Source: an uncultured Planctomycetaceae bacterium (GTDB lineage Bacteria; Planctomycetota; Planctomycetia; Planctomycetales; Planctomycetaceae). Taken from it: a DNA stretch of 64,000 nucleotides. The stretch spans positions 960,001-1,024,000 of the forward strand of contig CAWFAK010000005.1 in NCBI GenBank assembly GCA_963813715.1. The letters run 5' to 3'. Under the pieces are notes generated by a model. It had not been told where the DNA came from. It was given only the letters and a program-made list of their open reading frames with translations, and did no database searches. The translations under genes and the position numbers were made by a program. Of this stretch, positions 33,221 through 41,713 are shown in pieces. Each line of letters begins with the position of its first letter. Within the stretch, counting starts at the first letter, position 1.

Positions 33221-34513
33221 CTAAACAGCGCGGATAATCGCGGCAGCGCTTTGACCCATCGCCGTGCGATTGACGGTCAGGGCCGTCTTCTTTCGCAGAT
33301 CGAGCGGCTCGCGGTGGACGACCCGCAGCCGGAACCGCGGATCGGGAGTCTCGTAATTGAGCGTCATCGGCAGCGAGCCGTGCTCGAGCGCCAGCAGGCT
33401 GCCCGCCAGCTCGACCGCGCCCGAACCCGCGTCGAAGTGGCCGAAATAGCTCTTGAGTGCCGTCACCGGAATGGATTCGGCCTCGTCGTCGAAGGCCCGG
33501 CGGAAGGCGCAGGCCTCGACCAGATCGTCCCGCTGCGTGCTTTTTCCGTGGGCATTAATGTGCCCCAAATCCGAGGGCCGCAGGGACGCCTGCCGCAGGC
33601 TGGAGCGAATGGCGCGGACCAGGCCCGTGCCCCCGTTGCCGTTCGAGGAGCCTGTGCCGTCGCAGCCGGCCGCGACGCCCAGCACCTCGGCGTAGATTCG
33701 GGCTCCGCGACGTGCGGCATGGCTGTACCGCTCGACGACGAACGCCGCGCCCCCTTCGCCCACGATCGTGCCGTCACGGTCGAAGTCGAAGGGGCGGCAC
33801 GCACGGAGCGGATCGTCGACCCGCCGTGACAGTCCGTCAAACAGGCTGAGCTTGGCAATGTCGACCGGATGCACGTTGGAGCTGGAGGCGCCGACGATCA
33901 TGCAGTCGGCCGCGCCGCGGTCGATCACGTTGACCGCTTCGGCCAGCGCCAAGAGCGCCGACGACTCGCGGCACGTGATCGTGTTGTTGGGCCCCCGCGC
34001 ATCGAATTCGATCGAAACGTGGCAGGCGGGCATGTTGGGCAACTGCCGCAGAAACCAGAGCGGACAGATTTCGCCCATCGCTTGTTCGTTGAATCGCTCG
34101 TAGGCGAAGGCGCCCTTTTCGTCGCTCGAGGCGGTCACCGCGTCGGTGAGTTCCTGCGGCGTTGTGGAGATGCGGCCAGCCCCGAAGGAGACGCCCAATC
34201 GGTCCGGATCGACCGAGCCCCGCACCAGGGCGGCGTCGTCCATCGCCAAGGTCGAGGCGGCGACGCCCAGCTGGATGTCGCGGGACATGACCTTGATCAA
34301 CTTTTTATTGGCAATGTAGTCTTCGGGCGCGAAATCGTGGATTTGGGCGGCTAGGCGCGTGGGCAGATGGTCGCTGCGAAAAGCGCGCAGATAGCCGATT
34401 CCGGATCGGCCCTGCATCAAGCTTTTCCAGAACGCATCTTTGCCGATGCCGATCGGGGAAACGACCCCGACACCGGTGATGACAATCCTGGTTGGAATGT
34501 CCCCAGCCTTCAT
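33221..34513 (-). CDS. Beta-ketoacyl-ACP synthase (FabF-like) paralogue with Glu at the catalytic Cys position
   Basis: Motifs IVITGVGVVSPIG, LPNMPA, GPNNTITCRESS, RPFDFDRDG..GEGG, NAHGKST and KSYFGH. Confidence 0.85.
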   Translation of the reverse strand: MKAGDIPTRIVITGVGVVSPIGIGKDAFWKSLMQGRSGIGYLRAFRSDHLPTRLAAQIHDFAPEDYIANKKLIKVMSRDIQLGVAASTLAMDDAALVRGSVDPDRLGVSFGAGRISTTPQELTDAVTASSDEKGAFAYERFNEQAMGEICPLWFLRQLPNMPACHVSIEFDARGPNNTITCRESSALLALAEAVNVIDRGAADCMIVGASSSNVHPVDIAKLSLFDGLSRRVDDPLRACRPFDFDRDGTIVGEGGAAFVVERYSHAARRGARIYAEVLGVAAGCDGTGSSNGNGGTGLVRAIRSSLRQASLRPSDLGHINAHGKSTQRDDLVEACAFRRAFDDEAESIPVTALKSYFGHFDAGSGAVELAGSLLALEHGSLPMTLNYETPDPRFRLRVVHREPLDLRKKTALTVNRTAMGQSAAAIIRAV

Positions 34514-35337
34514 GAGACGACCCAGCGGCCGAGGCACGGCTCCGGTCGCAGCACCGCGATATCGGCTTTTCAACGTCCCGCCGGTGTCCCGCCGTCGAGA
34601 GGTCTCAAAGCTCGATCAACTTTGCCGTAAACCACTTCGCCCGAATTCTGCGGCCCGCCCGTGCGTGCCGCTGCCGATTTCTCTGCCGACCCTATTTCTT
34701 TATCGGCAATCTCCCCAGGGAGGGGAGACGGGTGATCGAGCAAACGGGGGACTGTTTTCGTCAAACAGCCGAAGCAGCCAACCTGCGCAGTCAGTCGACG
34801 CTCATGCCACTCGCAGCGCTTGACCCGCGTGAGTTTTCCGCGTGAATTTACAAGGGCGATTTTTCTAGCCGTCGCCAACCGCAGGATAAGTCGTAACTAC
34901 TGATCCCCATATGTGTTTGCTAGCCTGACCCATGTCAAATTAGACCGCAGATCGCGGGGCGCGTCAAGAACAATCCGCTACGGGCGGCACAAGGGGGCAA
35001 GTCGCCGGGTTCGGTAGAATCGGCCATGTCGACGCGTGGTGCGGCATCTCCAACGTCGCAGGACGGGTGTCGCGGCCAGTTCCCCGACGCGGGCGACACC
35101 GAAGTGGGGCTGAGGCCGATTGTGCCGACGGAATCGATTCTTCTGCGGCACCCTACACGCGACTGGTCATTTCGCGTCGCAGGGAGGGGGAGCGATGGTT
35201 CGTCGAGAGGGCGTTCAGCAGAGAAGATTGCGGCCGCGGCTAAAGAAAAACAGCCGGGAGAATTCCGGCGGTGGGGCAGGAACCACAAGAATTCAGCGTC
35301 CGGCTGCCATTCCCATTTTACTGCGGAAGGGGCGGGC

Positions 35338-35368
35338 TTGCAAACTTCGGGCAAGGCTGGATTAGAAT
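35338..35368 (+). promoter_or_regulatory. Possible sigma70-type promoter upstream of tRNA-Leu
   Basis: TTGCAA-N19-TAGAAT. Spacing is suboptimal. Confidence 0.3.
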
Positions 35369-35480
35369 GCGCGGGCTGCATCTGGAACTCCTTAACCAAG
35401 ATGCGACGGCGGCTGCTCCGGATGGCAGTGCCGCCTCGACGAAGCGACGACGAGACAAATCCGACATCAGCCGTGCTCAC

Positions 35481-35562
35481 GCGAGAGTGGCGGAATTGGC
35501 AGACGCGCCAGACTTAGGATTTGGTGCCGCAAGGCGTGGGGGTTCGAGTCCCCCCTCTCGCA
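35481..35562 (+). tRNA. tRNA-Leu (anticodon TAG), CCA not encoded
   Basis: GCGAGAG/CTCTCGC acceptor stem, D-loop GGAATTGGCAGAC, anticodon arm CCAGA-CTTAGGA-TTTGG, long variable arm and GGTTCGAGTCC T-loop. Confidence 0.97.
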
Positions 35563-35820
35563 TTCCCCCGCAGCTGCCCCCTGTGACGTAGAATTCGCGC
35601 GCCGTCACGCGTTCTCCAAGACCTGTTCAGACGTCTCTGTCTCGGCCGCGCACAACTCGCAGAGTCCGGGGACGCACTATCTTCACTCGAGACGCATGAT
35701 TTTTATCCGCTGTGGACGTGCTTCGCCACGCGGCTTCCAAACGTGCGTTTTGCAAGTCCCTCTTGCGTTTTTTGGACCGGTCAACTACAAGACCGAAGCC
35801 CCGAGGTAGTTCTTGGCACC

Positions 35821-36075
35821 GACATGGATGTCAGAGTCAAGACCCATCCGAAGCGCCGACCGGTGGCACGAATTCGGGCCGCCCCGGCAGGCGGAGTAAC
35901 CGCCCCTCACGCGCGAGGAGCCTCAAGGCAACGTGCCGGCATGGATGCCGATAACCGGCCGCTTTCTGCACCGGAGCGCTTTCGTGGCGAACCCGGCAAA
36001 GTGGCCCGGATCGCGTCGCACGACCCAGTGGCCGTCGCGATCTGACAAGGATGTAAAGTGCCGGAAAGGAGGCCT
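35821..36075 (+). promoter_or_regulatory. Putative multi-site CsrA-binding leader (or CsrB-like sRNA)
   Basis: Hairpins GACA-TGGA-TGTC (35821-35832), CGGCA-TGGA-TGCCG (35937-35950) and ACA-AGGA-TGT (36045-36054), plus RBS AAGGAGG (36066-36072). Confidence 0.6.
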
Positions 36076-36080
36076 CGATC

Positions 36081-36866
36081 GTGTTAGTTCTCACCCGCAG
36101 AGAAAACGAGAAAATCTTATTGCCCGACGTGGGCGTGACCGTCGAATTGATGTCGGTCACTGGTAACCGCGCCCGCTTGGGCATCAGCGCTCCCGATAAC
36201 ATTCGCATTCTTCGCGAAGAAGTCGCCGTCAACCAGGCTGTTCTCAAGCAGGCCACGGTTCGCGGTTCGATGTCGCGAGAATTCGTTCATGCCTTTCGCA
36301 ACCGGCTCAACGCGGCCATCCTGGCGGCCGAGACCGTGCGGATGCAAATCGAAGCCGAACGCCTCGACGATACGTCAAGCACGCTCGATCGCATCGTGAC
36401 CGAGCTCCGGGCGATGGCGTCGATGGTCGAAGGACCGCAGCCGGTCGCCGCGCCGCCGCTTGTCGCGTCAGGAGTGGGCGAGCACCGGCCTTGGAAGGCG
36501 TTGGTGGTCGAGGACGACGCCAACGAGAGCTTGCTGCTGGCCGGAATCCTGCGGATGACGGGGTACGAGGTCGACGTCGCCGGTGACGGTGCGGACGCTC
36601 TCGACTATCTCCATTCGCACGCGCGGCCCGACGTCGTGCTGCTCGACATGAAGCTGCCGAAGCTCGACGGGGCCACCACGCTCGGTCGCATCCGCCGGGA
36701 TCCCAATCTCGAGGGGATGAAGGTCTACGCCGTCAGCGCGACGCCGCCCAAGCGGTTTGGCGTGAAGACGGGACCGGGCGGCATCGACCGTTGGTTCTGC
36801 AAGCCTCTTGATCCGCGGGAGCTGGTGCGCCAACTCGATAGCGAGCTGAGCGCCCTCGATCGCTGA
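36081..36866 (+). CDS. CsrA-domain / HisKA-like / receiver-domain fusion protein
   Basis: N-terminus MLVLTRRENEKI...RARLGISAP..IRILREEV (CsrA). Middle HAFRNRL (H-box-like). C-terminus VVEDD...LLDMKLP...AVSA...CKP (intact REC). Confidence 0.88.
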   Translation: MLVLTRRENEKILLPDVGVTVELMSVTGNRARLGISAPDNIRILREEVAVNQAVLKQATVRGSMSREFVHAFRNRLNAAILAAETVRMQIEAERLDDTSSTLDRIVTELRAMASMVEGPQPVAAPPLVASGVGEHRPWKALVVEDDANESLLLAGILRMTGYEVDVAGDGADALDYLHSHARPDVVLLDMKLPKLDGATTLGRIRRDPNLEGMKVYAVSATPPKRFGVKTGPGGIDRWFCKPLDPRELVRQLDSELSALDR

Positions 36867-36886
36867 CGCCCAGGCGTCAGCGGTTT
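36861..36886 (+). terminator. Hairpin overlapping the stop of the CsrA-REC gene (weak terminator or stability element)
   Basis: CGCTGACGC-ccag-GCGTCAGCG followed by GTTT. Confidence 0.4.
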
Positions 36887-37222
36887 GCCGAATTCGGCCG
36901 TCGTCATCGATGGCTGCGTTGCAGTAAGCAGACGGCGCGGATGCAGGATCCGCGCCGCTTCTGAGATCGCACAACTTGCCGGTCCGGCGCCCCCACGCCC
37001 GTGCTGGGCTCGTTCAGCACGGATCGGCGGCCGCTTCAGCTGGGAAAGACACCCACCGTGCAGCCAAAACAATCGCCGCGCTCGCTGCCCCCTTCCGGTC
37101 GCGAGGCCGCCCCGTCACGCAATCTGGCTTTCGACTTCCAGCGGTCGGAGTTTGACACGGCCGCTCAGCCCTACGAAACATTTCAGACCACCACCGACGA
37201 GCCGCTCCCCCGACATTGGAAC

Positions 37223-38717
37223 ATGAACGGCATCAACATCGGCGAAAGTCTCCGTCGCGCCCTCGAGGTGTGCGAGGCGGCCTTCGACGACATCGTCGAT
37301 AAAAGCGCCGACGGTGTGGTCGTCGTGAACCCCGTCGGCACGATCTGTTTTGCCAACGCGGCCGCCGAATCGATGCTGGGCCGCTCGACGGGCGAACTTC
37401 TGGGCGAACCGTTCGGAATGCCGGTGGGGGCCGGCGAAACATTCGAGATGAAGCTGCCCTCGACCGATCAGGGCTGCCACTTCGCCGAAATCCGCGTCGT
37501 CGCCACCCATTGGCAGGGCTCGCCCGCCTTGCTGGCCACCCTGCGCGACGTCACGCAGCGCAATCGGGCCCTGCGCCGTCGCGACGAATTCCTGGCCATG
37601 CTGTCGCACGAACTGCGCAATCCGCTGGCGGCCATCTCCAGCGCGGCGAGCGTGCTGGCCCGCCCCGACCTCGACGGCGACGCCTTTGCCAGAGCCCGCG
37701 GCGTCATCGAACGGCAGTGCGCAAATGACCCGCCTGCTGGCCGATCTGCTCGACGTCTCCCGCGCGACCCGCGCGAAGATCGAGCTGCGCAAGAAATGCC
37801 TCGACCTGGTCGACGTGATCATCGAAGCCGTCGACGCGGTGCGCGGCGAAGCCGAGGCCGTCGGCCAGACCGTGTCGCTGGTTGCCAGTGTCGACATGAT
37901 TCCAGTCGACGGCGACGCGGTGCGCTTGCACCAGGTGTTTGTGAACCTACTTTCCAATGCGTCCAAGTTTTCCGGTGCCGGAAGCCCAATCCGGGTGATG
38001 GTGGGGATTGAGGAGGATCAGGCGGTCGTCAAAGTCCGCGACCAGGGAATCGGGATGACGCCCGAGGTGTTGGAGGCCGTGTTCCAGCCCTTCGTCCAGC
38101 TCGACTCGTCGCTGGATCGGCCCGGCGAGGGCCTGGGTCTCGGCCTGGCGATTGCCGATTGCTTGATCAAGCTGCACGGCGGCGCGGTGCGGGCGTCGAG
38201 CGAAGGCCTGGGAAAGGGGAGCGAGTTCTGCGTCCGCCTGCCCCTGTCTCGCTCGCGTCCCGAGTCGGCGCCCACGTTAGCCGACGCCGCGACGGAGACG
38301 GCGCTACGCGTGGTGATCGTCGAGGACAACGCCGACGTGGGCGAGATGCTCAAAACGTTGCTGGAGTGCGTGGGGCATCAGGTGGAGATTGCCGCCGACG
38401 GCCTGACCGGCGCGGAACTGATCGAACGCATGCATCCGGACGTGGCCCTAATCGACATCGGCCTGCCCGCGCTCAACGGTTACCAGCTCGCGCAGCGAAT
38501 TCGCTCCGACGACGCCCATCGGGACGTCTACTTGGCGGCGCTCACCGGCTACGGACAAGCGGCCGACCAGGAGAAGGCCCTGTCTTCGGGCTTCGATACT
38601 CACATCGCCAAGCCCGTCAGCGTCGAGCACCTGCGCAGACTGCTTGCTTCGCGACAACGAGTCCGCCTCAACGTGGCGGCAGCCGAAGAAGCGCAAGCCG
38701 AGCTACCCGCGCGTTGA
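37223..38717 (+). CDS. PAS-HisKA-HATPase-REC hybrid histidine kinase; frameshift ~37720; start uncertain
   Basis: PAS (DGVVVV...FANAAAE), SHELRNPL, NLLSNASKF, DQGIGM, GLGLGL, then receiver IVEDN...LIDIGLP...AKP. No TM segment seen. Confidence 0.9.
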
Positions 38718-38939
38718 CTTGGCGGCTCACCTGTCTAGTTTCGGTCCGAATTGGAACCGGACCGGCGTCGCGCGCCACTAAGCGTGGGCCGCGCCCCCAC
38801 GTTTCCGCGGAACCCCCTGTCGAATTCGTCTTTCCCAATTTGACGGACTCTGCTATGTGTTCCCGGCCGAATCTCCCGTTTCTGGGCCAACCGCACGGGG
38901 TGGGGGAGCGGTATCGAGATCGGTCGGGAAAGGATTCCC

Positions 38940-41709
38940 ATGAAAGGCCTGGCTTGGAAGATTGCGCTCGCGACCGCCGTGCTGGCGGTCGGGTTCCTGG
39001 TCATCCTGCAAGCGCAGCGAGGCATGACCCAGGCCATGCTGCAGAAGACGGCCGACGCCCAAGCCGCCAATCAACCTGCCGCGGCACCGGCAGGCGATGC
39101 CGCCGTCGCCAGTACTGCCGTTGCCAGTGACGCTGCTTCCAAGTCGGATCCGTTCGGCGACGCTGCGTCGGCGAGCGATCCTTCGTCTGTGCATCATGGT
39201 GAGGTCGGCAGCGGAGACCCGAAGAACAACGCTCCGAAGGTTGTGTCACCGGTGACGGCTCCGGAAGTTGTCGACAAGGACTCGGGCAAGTCGCCGGCAA
39301 AACCAACCGCGTCGCCCGATGCGAAAGAGTCCACGGCCGCCAACGATCCCTTCGCCGACGGCGGCGACGTGAAGCACAGCGCTCCAGCGACAGAGACGAA
39401 GAGCGCCGCGCCCGCGGGGTCCGAGGTCAAACAGGCGAGTGCATCAACCGAAGCGCTCGGGAAGAACTCCGAGCCGACCGATAATTCATCCCCGCAGGCG
39501 ATGCCGGCCCCCGAACTCCCCGCGCCCAAGCTGCCGGGAGCCGACGGACCTGGGCTCGGCGATTCGAAGCCGGAGGCGAAAGCCAAAGACGCGAGTGCGC
39601 CGCCAAAACAATCGGAGCCCCCCGCCGGACCGCAGATCGATCTGCCCGCGGGAAAGAAGGATGGCGACCAAAAGGACGCCGCTCCAAAGGACGCGGACGA
39701 AAAAGCGGCCGATGGCAAAGCGAGCGGAGGCCCGCAGCTGCCAGCCGGTCCGTCACTCGATCTGCCGCCGACGACCAATGCTGCTCCGGAAAACCCGTCG
39801 CCGCCGACTCCAAAATCGGCGACGAGCAATCCGCCTTTCCCTGGACCGGCCGACGGCGCCGCAACGCCTCCGGCACAATCCGAGCCTACCGACAAATCGC
39901 CCGTGAAATCGGCGGCGGACGCCGCTCCTCCCTCGTCGTCGGGAGGTCCCAAGCCGTTCCCCGAGGAGGGGCCCAAAGAGTCGCCGCTGGCTGTTCCCAA
40001 GCCGCCGGAATCAGTGCCGCCTTCGACGAACTCGCCGGCCCCGGCGATTCCCTCTCCGGCGATTCCGTCTCCCGCGTGCCCCGACAGGCGGCGCGACGAA
40101 CGGCACGCCGGCGAGCCCGATGGTGCTCGACCTGACACCGGGCAACGCTCCTTCCCCAAATGCTCCTGCAACGGGCGCTCCGCCGACCTTGCCCGAAACG
40201 AAGTCGGCCGATACCAGTAACTCGTCGACTCCGGCCCCGACACAGCGGCCGGCGGCCGACTTGCGTTCGGAGGGGGCGGCGGACTTTCAAGGGGACGGCA
40301 CGGTGGGCGAATCGGCTGCACTGGGACCGCAGCGACCCCAGTTGAATATCGAGAAGATCGCGCCGCAGAACGCTCTGCTCGGCCAGCCGCTCATTTATGC
40401 GATCGTGGTCCGAAATGTGGGCCAAAGCGCGGCCCGCGACGTCGTCGTCGAAGATCGCATCCCCAAGGGAACGAAGCTCTCCGGGACGATCCCCCGCGCG
40501 GAACTCACGGGCAAAAAGTTGATCTGGCGGCTCGGCACTTTGGCTGCGGGCGAACAGCGCAAGATCTCCATCCGCGTGATTCCGCAGGAAGCGGGGGAGA
40601 TCGGCAGCGTGGCCACGGTGAATTTCGTGGCCGAGGCGGCCGCCGAAACCGTCGTTACCGCGCCGCGATTGGAATTCAAAATCACCGCGCCCTCGGCAGC
40701 CCGGCTGGGCGAGTCGGTGCCTTTCCGCTTCGAGGTGAGGAATGTCGGCACCGGCGAGGCGCGCGGCGTCGTCATTCGCGACCTGATTCCGCAGGGCCTC
40801 GCGCATACCGCGGGCAACGACCTCGAATACGAAGTGGGACGCCTGTTGCCCGGTCGCTCGAAGCAATTGACGCTCGACCTGAAGGCGGGCAAGGTCGGCA
40901 CGGCCGTCAACCGGGCCGTGGTGCTCGCCGAAGGTGGACTGACTGCCGAGGCGAAGGCCACCATCGAGATCAGCGGCTCCAAAATCGCACTGACACGAAC
41001 TGGTCCGCAGCGGCGCTACCTGGGACGCCAGGCCGTGTTTACCAACACGCTCGTCAACGAGTCGAGTTTTGCGGTCGACGGCGTGGTACTGGTGGAATCG
41101 GTGCCGGCCGGGATGGACTTTGCCGGCGCGTCGCACGGCGGGCAATACAACGACGGCAGCCGCACGATCGCCTGGCGGATCGACCCGCTGTCGCCGGGCG
41201 AAACGCGAGTCGTGAAATCGCGGCTCGTCGCACGAAACCTGGGGAGCCAAACGAGCACCGTTCGCCTCACCGTTCCCAATGGGGAGCCGGTGGAGGCAAC
41301 TTCGCAGACCGCGGTCGAAGGATTTGCTGCCGTGGGGCTCGACGTGACCGGCGTCGACGGCCCGGTCGACCTGGGAGAGAAAGTCACCCTGCACGTCAAC
41401 GCGCGGAACAAAGGGACGGTCCCCGTCACCAACCTCATGTTGACCGTCGAACTGCCCGAGCAGATGGAGGTCGTGTCGGCCCGCGGTCCGGGCAAGCTGC
41501 TGCAGGAACCGGGGCGGCTCAAGTTCGGCCCCATGCCGACGCTCGAGGGACGCACGGCAGCCGCCTGTGAAATCGTGCTGGCGGCGCGTAAACGGGGCGA
41601 TAGTCGGCTGAGGCTGAGCATTCAAGCCGACCAGATCGACAAGCCGCTGGCCCGCGAGGAATCGATCCTGATTCTCTCAGAATCGCCCGAGCCGACCGCC
41701 GCTCGCTGA
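38940..41709 (+). CDS. Membrane-anchored Pro/Ala-rich protein with four DUF11 (OmcB-like) repeats; frameshift ~40080
   Basis: N-terminal hydrophobic anchor and low-complexity linker, then PQLNIEKIAP...YAIVVRNVG...VVVEDRIP and three further related repeats. Confidence 0.85.
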
Positions 41710-41713
41710 ACGC

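Noticed and set aside
34570..35480. ORFs 34935-35480 (-), 35026-35517 (+) and neighbours
   Set aside because: No recognisable motifs or coding-like composition. Probably a divergent promoter region.
35481..38717. Integrative element inserted at tRNA-Leu
   Set aside because: No integrase, no duplicated tRNA 3' end noticed, and host-like composition.
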